NCBI GenBank assembly: GCA_963764785.1
Contig: CAVXTU010000001.1
Span: 222,015-286,014, forward strand
From: an uncultured Chloroflexia bacterium
Lineage (GTDB): Bacteria > Chloroflexota > Limnocylindria > Limnocylindrales > CSP1-4
Direction of reading: 5' to 3'
DNA length: 64,000 nt
The position numbers and the translations under genes were made by a program. Shown one piece after another: positions 49,203 through 58,967 of the stretch. The notes below the pieces were generated by a model. It was given only the letters and a program-made list of their open reading frames with translations. It made no database searches and had not been told where the DNA came from. The first letter of the stretch is position 1; each line of letters opens with the position of its first letter.

Positions 49203-50027
49203 ATGAGCGTTTCTGATCAGGCGACCGACTTGCCACCCGCCACGATGATGGCCTTTGGCCCCGAACGGCGGGAGCGCCTGCGGCAGATCGTCCGCTCGCG
49301 CCACGCGGTCCGGGTGGAAGAGCTGAAGACTGAACTCGGCGTCTCCACCGCGACCATCCGTCGCGACCTTGACGAGCTCGAGGAGTCGGGCGCCCTGCGG
49401 CGGGTCCACGGCGGGGCGGTGTCGGTCGACATCCGGGCGATCGAGACCCGCTTCGACGCGAAGGCTGCGCGTCACACGCCAGAGAAACGACGCATCGCCA
49501 CCCGGGCCGCGGAGCTGGTAGAGCCTGACTCGACCATCTTTCTGGATGCCGGCAGCACCTGCCTCGAGCTGGCGCGTCTGCTCTCCCAGCGGGATGACAT
49601 CACCGTCGTCACCAACAGCCTGCCCGCCATCGTCGAGCTGGCCGGACAGGGTCCGCGACTCGTCGTCATCGGCGGCGAGCTGCGTCCGCTGAGCCAAGCC
49701 ATCGTGGGCCCGCTGAGCACGCCGCTGCTCGACGAGCTCTACGTCGATCGTGCCTTCATGGGCACGTTCAGCCTTTCTCTCGACGCTGGCCTGACCACCA
49801 CCGACCCCGCCGAGGCCTTTACCAAGGAGCGCGCACTGAGCAGGGCTCGCGAGGTCGTGCTCCTGGTGGACAGTTCCAAGCTCGGCACCCGTTCATTCGC
49901 CCATGCCGGTCGCCTCGACCAGATCGACGTCGTCATCACGGACGCCGAACTGGATGAGGAAGCGGCCACCACATTCGAGGAGGCCGGCGTCCGCGTCATG
50001 GTCGCCCCCAGGAGGATCGATGACTGA
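49203..50027 (+). CDS. DeoR-family transcriptional regulator
   Basis: N-terminal HTH VRVEELKTELGVSTATIRRDLDELEESGALRRVHGGAV and a C-terminal DeoR sugar-binding-type domain. Confidence 0.85.
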   Translation: MSVSDQATDLPPATMMAFGPERRERLRQIVRSRHAVRVEELKTELGVSTATIRRDLDELEESGALRRVHGGAVSVDIRAIETRFDAKAARHTPEKRRIATRAAELVEPDSTIFLDAGSTCLELARLLSQRDDITVVTNSLPAIVELAGQGPRLVVIGGELRPLSQAIVGPLSTPLLDELYVDRAFMGTFSLSLDAGLTTTDPAEAFTKERALSRAREVVLLVDSSKLGTRSFAHAGRLDQIDVVITDAELDEEAATTFEEAGVRVMVAPRRIDD

Positions 50028-52320
50028 TACCCGCACGCTCTACCGCTCGGACAGCCGGCCGGTCTTCGAGCCGTTCACCATCCAGGCACCGCCGGTCAAG
50101 GGGTTCGAGTACGACGGTGACCTCGCCTACGAGCTGCGGAGCCGCTCCATCGATGGCGCCACAGCCGTCGATCTGCTCGATGACATGCTGGCTATCCGTG
50201 AACTGGAAGAGATGATCGTCCGACTGCGCTCTGGAGGTTACGAGCCGCTGTCCGGATTCGCCTACCGGGGACCCACGCACGTCTCGATCGGGCAGGAAGG
50301 CACCGCGGTCGGCGCCTCGTCCGTGCTGGGCGTGACCGACCGTATCACCTCTTCACACCGTGGCCATGGGGACGCCATCGCCAAGGGCTTCAGTGCCATC
50401 CGCCAGCTCGACGACGAGCGACTCAAGGCGCGCGTGCCGTGGAGCAGCGCCACCGATCACGACGGCTTGCTGGCCGACGCGCTCGAGGAGCATGTCTATC
50501 GCGTCATCGCGGAGCTCTTCGGCAAGGATGAGGGGTACTGTGCCGGGCGTGGCGGTGGCATGCACATCGGCGATTGGTCAACCGGCCACCTGGGTGCCAA
50601 TGCCATCGTCGGTGGCTCGGTGCCTATCGCGACCGGCGCGGCCATGGCGCAGCGCTACCTGGGCACCCACGATGTGGTCGTGTGCTTCGCGGGCGACGGC
50701 GCCTATGCGAATGGCGTGGTGCTCGAGTCGCTCAACTGGGCGTCGCAGTACCAGTGGAAGAACTTCCTCGCCGGCGACAAGGCCTACGGCCTGCCCATCG
50801 TCTACGTCGTGCAGAACAACCACTACGGCATGACGCATCGCACCGATGACGAGGTCATGGGCGTGCCAGCGTTGGCCATGCGGGGTGGCGGTTTCGCCGA
50901 CGATGGCATGCACGCCGAGGTCGTCAACGGCATGGATGTCCTCGCGGTGAGGGACGCGGTCGCGCGCGCTGTCAAGCTGAGTCGCGATGGCGAGGGTCCG
51001 GTGCTCATCGAGGCATCCACCTATCGCTATTACGGACACTCACTGTCGGACCCACGCAACGAGTACCGCACCCGCGAGGAGGAGGACGCCTGGCGTGCCG
51101 TCGACCCCATCGAGAACCTGGGGCGACAGCTGGTCGCGAACAAGGTGCTCGACGACGACGGACTCGCAGCCATCAAGCAGGCTGCCGCTGATCGCAATGC
51201 CGCGGCTGCCAAGCGCGCGGCTGCCGGTACCGACCCGGCGCCCGGTGACGTGCTCAAGTTCATGTATGCGGGCACGGTCAGTGACTCCGTGCCCAAGGAG
51301 TACGCCTCCCCGGTCATCTACGACGACGCGCCCGAGCCCAAGGTCACGGCCGAAGGCATGCTCCAGAAGGATGCCTTGCGCGAAGCCATGATCGAGGAGA
51401 TGGAGCGAGACAGTCGGGTGCTCTTCTACGGCGAGGATGTGGCCGACTACGGCGGTGCCTTCAAGGCCAGCAAGGGCCTGATGGAGCGCTTCGGGCGCGA
51501 CCGTGTCTTCAATACGCCCATCTCGGAAGCAGCCATCATCGGCACCGGCGTCGGTGCAGCCATGGCCGGACTTCGACCGGTCGTCGAATTGATGTACATG
51601 GACTTCGCCCTGATGGCGTCCGACCAGATCGCCAACCAGGCCGGCAAGTGGCACTTCATGAGCGGTGGCCAGACGACCGTTCCCATGGTCATCCGGTGCT
51701 CGGTGGGTGCTGGAAAGGGTTACGGCGGCCAGCACTCGCAGTCGCTCGAGAGTCTATTCACGCACCTTCCTGGCCTCATCGTGGCCTACCCGGCCACCGC
51801 GGCCGATGCCAAGGGCATGCTGAAGTCGGCCATCCGATCGGATGATCCGGTGCTGTTCTGCGAGAGCCAGGGGCTGTACGCGTCTCGCGGGCCGGTCCCC
51901 GAAGGGGAGTTCCTCGTGCCGCTCGGCAAGTCGGCGCACATTCGCGACGGTGGCGATGCCACCATCGTGGCCTGGGGTCCCGCCATCCCCGACGCACTCA
52001 AGGCCGCCCAAGCGCTCGCCGCTGAAGGCATCGAGTGCGACGTCATCGACCTGCGCACGCTGGTGCCCCTGGATATGGAACCAGTGTTGACCTCGGTCGC
52101 GAGGACGGGTCGCTGCGTGGTCGCGGCGCAGGCCATCCTCTCGGGCAGCTACGTCAATGAGGTCGTGGCGCGCGTGGTGAGCGAGGCCTTTGATGATCTC
52201 GACGCTCCGGTGGCGCGGATCGGTGCCGCCAACGGCATCAGTCCACAGGCGGAGGGTCTCGAAGCGGCATTCCTGCCCAATGCCAACGACATCGCCGATG
52301 CAGTCCGGGGGCTCATCTAG
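50020..52320 (+). CDS. 2-oxoacid dehydrogenase E1 component, fused alpha/beta subunits (TPP-dependent)
   Basis: ATG 50020 follows GGAGGA and overlaps the DeoR stop by 8 nt. The alpha half has the TPP motif CFAGDGAYANGVVLESLNWA. The beta half has FNTPISEAAIIGTGVGAAMAGLRPVVE. Confidence 0.85.
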   Translation: MTDTRTLYRSDSRPVFEPFTIQAPPVKGFEYDGDLAYELRSRSIDGATAVDLLDDMLAIRELEEMIVRLRSGGYEPLSGFAYRGPTHVSIGQEGTAVGASSVLGVTDRITSSHRGHGDAIAKGFSAIRQLDDERLKARVPWSSATDHDGLLADALEEHVYRVIAELFGKDEGYCAGRGGGMHIGDWSTGHLGANAIVGGSVPIATGAAMAQRYLGTHDVVVCFAGDGAYANGVVLESLNWASQYQWKNFLAGDKAYGLPIVYVVQNNHYGMTHRTDDEVMGVPALAMRGGGFADDGMHAEVVNGMDVLAVRDAVARAVKLSRDGEGPVLIEASTYRYYGHSLSDPRNEYRTREEEDAWRAVDPIENLGRQLVANKVLDDDGLAAIKQAAADRNAAAAKRAAAGTDPAPGDVLKFMYAGTVSDSVPKEYASPVIYDDAPEPKVTAEGMLQKDALREAMIEEMERDSRVLFYGEDVADYGGAFKASKGLMERFGRDRVFNTPISEAAIIGTGVGAAMAGLRPVVELMYMDFALMASDQIANQAGKWHFMSGGQTTVPMVIRCSVGAGKGYGGQHSQSLESLFTHLPGLIVAYPATAADAKGMLKSAIRSDDPVLFCESQGLYASRGPVPEGEFLVPLGKSAHIRDGGDATIVAWGPAIPDALKAAQALAAEGIECDVIDLRTLVPLDMEPVLTSVARTGRCVVAAQAILSGSYVNEVVARVVSEAFDDLDAPVARIGAANGISPQAEGLEAAFLPNANDIADAVRGLI

Positions 52321-53633
52321 TGGCAATACCGATCCGTATGCCCATGCCCGGCCAGATGACCGAAGAGTGCACCGTGCTCCAGTGGTTCAAGGCCGAGGGC
52401 GACACGATCGCCAAGGGCGACCCGCTCTTCGAGATCGAAACGGACAAGTCCAACATGGAGATCGAAGCCTTCGACGAAGGCACGCTGCTGCGCATCGATG
52501 CGGCCGAAGGAGTGACGGTACCGGTCGAGGCCGTGGTCGCCTGGATCGGGACTCCCGGTGAAGCGTTGCCTGACGCTGTAGCACTCGGTGCCGGCGTCGC
52601 GCTCCTGTCGGAGGAAACGGCGCCAGCGGCGGCATCGGTGCCAGCTGCCGGGCCCCTGCCCCCCTCAGCGTCCGCACCGGCAGCCGAGTCCGTGCCGGCC
52701 GTCGCCTCGGGCACGGAAGACACGACGGCGCCCGCGACGCGTCGCATGGCCATCAGCCCACGCGCCAGCCGAGTGGCTGCCGAGCTGGGCGTCGACCCAC
52801 GATCGGTGAGCGGGACCGGCCCAGGCGGGCGGATCGTGGAGCGCGACGTCCGGGCCGCTGCCGAGGCCACGGCTTCGGCTCCTGCGGCCAAACCGACCGC
52901 TCCCTCCGCGTCAGCGCCGATCGGAACCCAGCCACGCGTCCAGGTCAACGTCGACGGCGCGGGCGAGAAGCTGAGCCGGATGCGGCAGACGATCGCACGT
53001 CGGCTGACCGAGAACTCGTCGGTGCCGACGTTCACCGTCACCGTTGCGGTGGACATGACCGAACTGCTGGCCTTGCGCAAGGAGCTCAAGGCGAGGCAGT
53101 CACGGGTCACCGTGACCGACTTCATCCACGCCGCCACCGTCCAGGCCCTCGGTGAGTTCCCGATGCTTAACGCCAGCACAGACGGCACGAGCGTCTGGAA
53201 GCACGATCACGTCCAGCTCGGCGTGGCGGTATCGATGCCGGACGGCCTGCTCATCCCCGTGGTCCGCGATGCCGACATGCTCAGCCTCAAGGCGCTCCAG
53301 GAACGCACCGCCGATACGGTGACGGCGGCTCGCTCCGGCAAGCTCCCCCTTGACCTGCTGAGCGGCTCCACGTTCAGCGTGTCCAACATGGGAATGTTCG
53401 GGGTCGAGCAGTTCAGGGCCATCATCAACCCCGGCGAGTCGGGCATCCTGGCTGTGTCGAGTGTGACGCCGGAGGTCCGGGCGTACGGAGACGGCATGGC
53501 GGTGCGCCAGACGATGCGCATCACCCTGACCGCTGATCACCGCCTCGTCGACGGCGAGATGGGCGCCAGGTTCGTGAACGCAGTCAAGCGGCGCCTCGAA
53601 GATGCCGCTGGCTTCCGCAACCAGGTGGCCTGA
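52320..53633 (+). CDS. 2-oxoacid dehydrogenase E2 dihydrolipoamide acyltransferase
   Basis: The GTG start overlaps the E1 stop. Lipoyl domain (FEIETDKSNMEIEAF), PSBD (ISPRASRVAAELGVD...GTGPGGRIVERDV) and catalytic DHRLVDG. Confidence 0.9.
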   Translation: MAIPIRMPMPGQMTEECTVLQWFKAEGDTIAKGDPLFEIETDKSNMEIEAFDEGTLLRIDAAEGVTVPVEAVVAWIGTPGEALPDAVALGAGVALLSEETAPAAASVPAAGPLPPSASAPAAESVPAVASGTEDTTAPATRRMAISPRASRVAAELGVDPRSVSGTGPGGRIVERDVRAAAEATASAPAAKPTAPSASAPIGTQPRVQVNVDGAGEKLSRMRQTIARRLTENSSVPTFTVTVAVDMTELLALRKELKARQSRVTVTDFIHAATVQALGEFPMLNASTDGTSVWKHDHVQLGVAVSMPDGLLIPVVRDADMLSLKALQERTADTVTAARSGKLPLDLLSGSTFSVSNMGMFGVEQFRAIINPGESGILAVSSVTPEVRAYGDGMAVRQTMRITLTADHRLVDGEMGARFVNAVKRRLEDAAGFRNQVA

Positions 53634-53700
53634 GCCTTCCAGCGAGATCGAGCTCCAGGAGGGGTCGGCTCGACGGCCTCTGCTATCCTGTTTTCCGCGG

Positions 53701-53775
53701 TGGCGAGTGGCCAAACGGTAAGGCACCTGACTCTGGATCAGGGGATTGAAGGTTCGAATCCTTCCTCGCCAGCCA
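53701..53775 (+). tRNA. tRNA-Gln (anticodon CUG), CCA encoded
   Basis: Cloverleaf: acceptor TGGCGAG/CTCGCCA (the U1-A72 pair typical of tRNA-Gln), anticodon stem CCTGA/TCAGG with loop CTCTGGA, T-arm GAAGG-TTCGAAT-CCTTC, then G-CCA. Confidence 0.9.
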
Positions 53776-54152
53776 CTCCCCTGTGCTCGCGCACCATCCA
53801 GCTGGTCGTCTGCACCCTCCCGCGGGGCGTCTGCACCTCCCGATGGTGCCTGGGTCGACTGAGGAACCTCTCCTCCGGTGCCGCTCGTTTGACATACTCG
53901 GCACGTGAGAGGCCCTGAAGAAGGAGGCGACGTGAGAACCCTGCGATGCCTCGATCGTCGCGCGGCTGAGCCCATCGTGGGGCGTCGAGGATCACCGGTG
54001 GCTGCCATCATCGTGTCCAGGAACGTACTTCATGCATGATCGCCTGGCGGAGTCTGGTGCGCACGGGCGCGCAGTGGCAGCGCGGATCGCCAGTGACCTG
54101 GGAGCCGGTACCCACAGGGTGATCGGCTCAGAGCGCAGGCGACGGCAACGTT

Positions 54153-55037
54153 GTGATGCGTGACCTCGGCGGCGTCTATGCGCCGATCTGCACGCCGTTC
54201 GGCGCCGATGAAGAGCTGGACCTCGGCGCACTACGGTCCAATCTCGCCCTGTACGCGGACGCCGGGATCGGGGGCTTGCTCGCGTTGGGTAGCAACGGCG
54301 AGAATCGCAGCCTGGACGAGGACGAGCGTCTCGCCGTGCTCGATACCGTCGTGCGCCATCGAGGCAAGGCCCAGGTCGTCCTGGCCGGAGCCATGTACGA
54401 CGCCCAGCGGGCCGCTGCACGTTTCCTGGCCGCAGCCGGCGCTCTGGGTGTCGACTACGGGCTGGTGCTGGGGCCTGGCTACTTCCGCAAGCTCATGACC
54501 GACGAGGTCCTGTATCGCTACTTCTCATCGCTGGCGGACGACGCACCGCTGCCGATCCTGCTCTACAACGCCCCGGGGTTCAACGGTATCGCGCTCTCAC
54601 CCGAACTCGTCGGGCGGCTTGCACGACACGGAAACATCGCGGGTCTCAAGGACAGCGCCTCATCGGGGATCGAGGCCTTCCTGCCGTTCCAGCGTCCCGA
54701 CTTCGCCGTCCTGGCCGGCTCGGCCAACTTCCTCCTTGCTGCGATGCGTGGTGGCTCGCCTGGTGGGACCGTCTCGCTGGCGAACTCGTTCCCGGCCGTG
54801 GCGCTCCGCCTTTACGAGCACGGCCGTTCCGACGACGCCGGAGCGGGCGACGCGTACCAGGACTATGTGGGGCGCGTGAACGCCGCCATCAGCGGCCGCT
54901 ACGGGGTGCCCGGCGTGAAAGCCGCCATGGACCTCGCCGGTTACATCGGAGGCTGGCCGAGGCGGCCGCTACTGCCGCTTGGCGAGACCGCCAGGTCGGA
55001 GTTGCACGCCAGGCTGGAGGCCGAGGGGCTGCTGTAG
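54153..55037 (+). CDS. dihydrodipicolinate synthase/N-acetylneuraminate lyase family class I aldolase
   Basis: Has GLLALGSNGE, LLYNAPG and the Schiff-base Lys context NIAGLKDS. Confidence 0.8.
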   Translation: MMRDLGGVYAPICTPFGADEELDLGALRSNLALYADAGIGGLLALGSNGENRSLDEDERLAVLDTVVRHRGKAQVVLAGAMYDAQRAAARFLAAAGALGVDYGLVLGPGYFRKLMTDEVLYRYFSSLADDAPLPILLYNAPGFNGIALSPELVGRLARHGNIAGLKDSASSGIEAFLPFQRPDFAVLAGSANFLLAAMRGGSPGGTVSLANSFPAVALRLYEHGRSDDAGAGDAYQDYVGRVNAAISGRYGVPGVKAAMDLAGYIGGWPRRPLLPLGETARSELHARLEAEGLL

Positions 55038-56407
55038 TGGGTCAGGACATCCTCGCCATCGACGTGGGTACCTCGGGGCTCAAGCTGGGCGTATACGGAC
55101 CCGACCTCGACCTCCGCAGGAGCGTCAGTCGGGACTACGAGCCGGACCTCCGCGAGGGCGGCCAGGCCGATGTCCATCCGGAGACCTGGTGGTCGGCCAT
55201 CGCGTCCGCCTGCCACGAGGTCGGCCCAGGCCTCGCCGAGGTGGGCGTGATCTCGCTCTCGGTGACCACTCCCGGGCTGACGCCGATGGCCGCCGATGGC
55301 CGACCCCTGGGTCCGGCCATCCTCTTCCTCGACGGGCGCTCGCACGAGCAAGCGGCTGCCATCAGGGCCTCTGTCGGCGAGGAACGTTTCCTCGCCGAGG
55401 CCTGCAACCTGCCCGTCTCCGGCGGCTCGTCGCTCGCGAGTATCCTCTGGATCCGCGACCATCAGGCGGACGTCTGGGAGCAGGCGGCGATGTTCGGCCA
55501 CACGAACACGTACATGGTCAAGCGACTGACCGGCGCGTGGGCCATCGACCCCTCCACGACCTCGATCACCGGCCTGTACGCCACGAGCCGCAATGATCTG
55601 ACCTGGAACGCCGATGTGCTGGAGGCCGCCGGCCTCGAAGCCGATCGCCTGCCGCCCCTGATGCACTCGTTCGACCCGGTGGGCAGCATCCTGCCCGCCG
55701 TCGCCGACGAGCTGGGCCTGCCGCGCGACGCGGTGGTGCTGTGTGGCGGGAACGATGCCGCGCTGGCGGCATGGTCGGGCGGTCTGGCTGCACCGGGCGA
55801 TGCGAACCTCATCAGCGGAACCTGCGACATCGCCAACGTGTGTACGGACCGGCCGGTGGCGTCTGCCGCGTTCAACGTGCGCGCCCATGTGCTGCCGGGC
55901 CGCTGGCTCACGTTCTTCGTGCTCAATACCGGCGGTGTCGCCTACGACTGGTTCCACCAGACGATGTGTCGGGAGATGGACGCCGACGAGTTCTACGGCG
56001 ACTACCTGCCCTCGATCCTGGAGGGATTCCTGGACGACCCCGACCTCGAGACCCGCGAGCGCGCGTTGCCCCAGTACGTGCCCTACCTCGGTGGCAGCCG
56101 CTACTCACTTGAGCCGCAGACCGCCGCATACTCCGGTGTCGGCCTCCGGACGTCGCGCGAGGAACTGCTGCTTTCGATGGTCCGCGGCAACCTCCGTTAC
56201 CTCGGAGAACACCTCGAACAGGTCTCGACGCTCGTCCGGATCAACCGTGTTGTCGGGATCTCCGGTGGGGCGGCACGGATCCGCGGCATGCTTGGGGCAC
56301 GTGAGCGTTGGACAGGCGACTACGAATACCGCTTCCAGGACCAGTCGTCGATGCTCGGGGCAGCCATGCTCGGGCGCATCTACCTGGACGGCGGTCTGTA
56401 CCGATAG
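55037..56407 (+). CDS. FGGY-family carbohydrate kinase
   Basis: N-terminal ILAIDVGTSGLKLGVY. 456 aa. FGGY N- and C-domain layout. Confidence 0.8.
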   Translation: MGQDILAIDVGTSGLKLGVYGPDLDLRRSVSRDYEPDLREGGQADVHPETWWSAIASACHEVGPGLAEVGVISLSVTTPGLTPMAADGRPLGPAILFLDGRSHEQAAAIRASVGEERFLAEACNLPVSGGSSLASILWIRDHQADVWEQAAMFGHTNTYMVKRLTGAWAIDPSTTSITGLYATSRNDLTWNADVLEAAGLEADRLPPLMHSFDPVGSILPAVADELGLPRDAVVLCGGNDAALAAWSGGLAAPGDANLISGTCDIANVCTDRPVASAAFNVRAHVLPGRWLTFFVLNTGGVAYDWFHQTMCREMDADEFYGDYLPSILEGFLDDPDLETRERALPQYVPYLGGSRYSLEPQTAAYSGVGLRTSREELLLSMVRGNLRYLGEHLEQVSTLVRINRVVGISGGAARIRGMLGARERWTGDYEYRFQDQSSMLGAAMLGRIYLDGGLYR

Positions 56408-57274
56408 ATGGGGGATCGATCGATGGCAGTCGTTTCGACCAGGGAGCTGGTGACCACGGCGATGGCGGGAGGCTACGCGGTGCCAGCCATCAACATCGTC
56501 AACGACGTCACCATGGAGGCCGTGCTCGCCGCGGCCGACGAGCTGCGGAGCCCGATGATCGTGCAGACATCGGTCAAGACCGTGCGCTCGACCGGACTTG
56601 ATGTGCTCAAGAGCATGTGGGACACGATGAGCGCCCGCATCGACGTGCCCGCTGCACTCCACCTCGATCACTGCCCTGACCGCGAGGTCATCAGTGCCTG
56701 CCTGGCCGCGGGCTGGAACTCGGTGCTCTTCGATGCCCACGAGCTCAGCGTGGAGGAGAACGAGCGACAATGCATCGAGGTGGTGGCCGAGGCCCGTCGG
56801 GTCGGCGCGGACGTGGAAGGTGAGATCGAGGGTATCCGCGGCGTGGAGGACGGCATCGGGTCCGACGATCAGGGGCCGATCCAGACGCTGGAGGTCGCGG
56901 TCGGTTTCATCGAGCGCACCGGTGTGGACATCTTCGCGCCGGCCATCGGCAATGCCCACGGCATGTACAGTGCACGTCCGACGCTCGACCACCAGCGCAT
57001 CAGCGACCTGGTCGACGCGACAGGGATTCCCATGGCGCTACACGGTGGCACGGGCCTGTCCGCTGACCAGTTCAGCGATCTCATCGCGCGCGGCTGCGCC
57101 AAGGTGAACGTCTCGACGGGGCTCAAGATCGCCTACATGGAGGCCAATCGGAGCTACCTTACCGAGAACCCCACGGCCGCCGACCCGCCTACGCTTTTCC
57201 GTCACGTGCGCGAATCGATCATGGAGATGACCCGCCAGTACATCCGCATGTTCGGCTCGGAGGGCCGGGCGTGA
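56408..57274 (+). CDS. class II (metal-dependent) ketose-bisphosphate aldolase (FbaA/GatY/KbaY family)
   Basis: Has YAVPAINIVN, HLDHC, IGNAHGMY and LHGGTGL. Alternative start ATG 56423. Confidence 0.85.
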   Translation: MGDRSMAVVSTRELVTTAMAGGYAVPAINIVNDVTMEAVLAAADELRSPMIVQTSVKTVRSTGLDVLKSMWDTMSARIDVPAALHLDHCPDREVISACLAAGWNSVLFDAHELSVEENERQCIEVVAEARRVGADVEGEIEGIRGVEDGIGSDDQGPIQTLEVAVGFIERTGVDIFAPAIGNAHGMYSARPTLDHQRISDLVDATGIPMALHGGTGLSADQFSDLIARGCAKVNVSTGLKIAYMEANRSYLTENPTAADPPTLFRHVRESIMEMTRQYIRMFGSEGRA

Positions 57275-58035
57275 CCGCGCTCATCTTCGACTGTGACGGC
57301 GTCCTCGCCGACACTGAACGCGACGGCCACCGACCGGCCTTCAACCAGACGTTCAGGGAGTTCGATCTCCCGGCACACTGGTCGGTGGATGAGTACGGCG
57401 AGGCCCTGCGCATCGGCGGTGGCAAGGAGCGCATGGCCGCGCTGTTGACGCCGGAGCTTGTGGCCGAGGCTGGCCTCCCGACCGATGCCGAAGGCCAGGC
57501 GGCGGAGATCGCCAAGTGGCACAAGCGGAAGACCGAGATCTATGTCGAGATGGCGAGGGCAGGGCGCCTGCCGCCACGACCCGGCATCGCGCGGATCGCG
57601 CGGGAGGCACACGCGGCTGGTTGGCAGCTGGCCGTGTGTTCCACATCCGCCGAGCCGTCTGTGCGAGCCATCCTCGAGAATGCCATCGGGACGGACCTGA
57701 CGGCCGATGTCCTCGTGCTTGCTGGCGACGTCGTCCCGGCCAAGAAGCCGGCGCCGGACATCTACCTGCTCGCGCTCGAACGGCTCAGCGCCGGGCCGGC
57801 CGAGTGCATCGTCGTCGAGGACTCCCGTAACGGCTTGTTGGCGGCCACCGCAGCAGGACTGACGACCGTGGTCACCGTGAACGACTACACGCGCGCGGAG
57901 GACTTCCACGAGGCAGCGCTCGTGATCTCGTCGTTGGGCGACCCGGGCATCGACCCCATCGAGATCCTCGCCAACCGGAGCGCCGCGAGACCGTCAGCAT
58001 ATGTGACCCTGGCCGACCTCCAGGCCTGTCTGTAG
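57271..58035 (+). CDS. HAD-superfamily phosphatase (CbbY-like, subfamily IA)
   Basis: Motif I LIFDCDGVLAD and a cap domain. Motifs VCSTS and VVEDSRNG. Confidence 0.8.
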   Translation: MTALIFDCDGVLADTERDGHRPAFNQTFREFDLPAHWSVDEYGEALRIGGGKERMAALLTPELVAEAGLPTDAEGQAAEIAKWHKRKTEIYVEMARAGRLPPRPGIARIAREAHAAGWQLAVCSTSAEPSVRAILENAIGTDLTADVLVLAGDVVPAKKPAPDIYLLALERLSAGPAECIVVEDSRNGLLAATAAGLTTVVTVNDYTRAEDFHEAALVISSLGDPGIDPIEILANRSAARPSAYVTLADLQACL

Positions 58036-58083
58036 CAGGGCGGTCATGCCGCGTCGTCGTACCGCGGCAACGGCGGCAATGGC

Positions 58084-58967
58084 CTACTGCACGCCGGTAC
58101 CGGTGAAGGAAGCGCCCTGCATGAACTGCTTCCGGAGCAGGAGGAACAGGATGATGATGGGCACCGTCGCCAGCGCCGAGCCGGCCAGCAACAGGTCGTA
58201 TTGGATCCGGTACTGGTTGACCATGCCCGCCAGGCCCACCGCGAGCGGCATGTTCTCCTTCTTCAGGAACACGATCAGCGGCCACAGCAGGTTGTTCCAG
58301 TATTCGAGCGCGAAGAGGATGAAGAGCGTGGCCAGACCGGGTCGCAGGTTTGGCAAGGCGATCGACCAGAAGATGCGGTATTCACTGGCACCATCGACCC
58401 GCGCCGAGTCGATCATCTCGTCGTTGATGCTGGCGCAGTAGACCCGCATGAAGAAGAGTCCGATGGGGCTCGCCGCCAGCGGCACGATCGGCGCCCCAGT
58501 AGGTCTCCTTCAGCCCGAGCTGGATGATGATGAAGAAGAGCGACACGATGAGCAGATTGAAGGGGATCGATCTGCGAGATCAGGACGCCGAAGAAGATGA
58601 CGTTGTTGCCGCGGAAGCGGTACTTGGCCAGCGCGTAGCCAGCGGTGGTGCAGAGCGCCACCGTGAGCGCCGCGAACCCCAGCGACTGGGTGATCGAGTT
58701 GAAGAACCACTGTGCGTACGGCTGCTCCTGGAAGAGGCGCACGTAGTTGTCCACGGTAAGCCGGTCGGCAGCAGGTTGTGAAATCGGCAAAGAGCTCACC
58801 CTGTGGACGGAACGAGTTCACGACCATCCAGTACATCGGCACGAGGAAGACGACGGCGAGCACGAGGAAGAGCAGCAGGATGACGAGCTTGCTCCAGGTC
58901 GGGTTGGAACCGACCGGGACCTGGGCGGCGCGGTTCGCTGTCGCTGGCGTGACGGGCGTCCGGTCAT
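58084..58967 (-). pseudogene. sugar ABC permease (MalG-type), at least 3 and probably 4 frame breaks
   Basis: Collinear pieces lie in three frames: ATG 58967 (ATGA overlap), then TPVTPATANRAAQV...VPMYWMVVNSFRPQGELFADF, then LTVDNYVRLFQEQPYAQWFFNS...FFGVLISQ, then IPFNLLIVSLFFIIIQLGLKETYWGA, then IVPLAASPIGLFFMRV...DGASEYRIFWSIALP...*. Breaks are near 58945-58962, 58770-58785, 58565-58575 and 58486-58492. Confidence 0.8.

Noticed and set aside
53655-53700. Hairpin GAGG-G-GTCG-GCT-CGAC-GG-CCTC followed by ...CTGTTTT after the E2 gene, considered as an intrinsic terminator.
   Set aside because: The stem is interrupted by bulges and the T-tract is only 4 nt, displaced by ~10 nt. Too weak to call.
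53776-54152. Genomic island or integration scar next to tRNA-Gln (and likewise next to tRNA-Glu at 11668-11744).
   Set aside because: There is no integrase or recombinase. I could find no direct repeat of the tRNA 3' end downstream. The flanking genes are ordinary metabolic genes with the same codon style.
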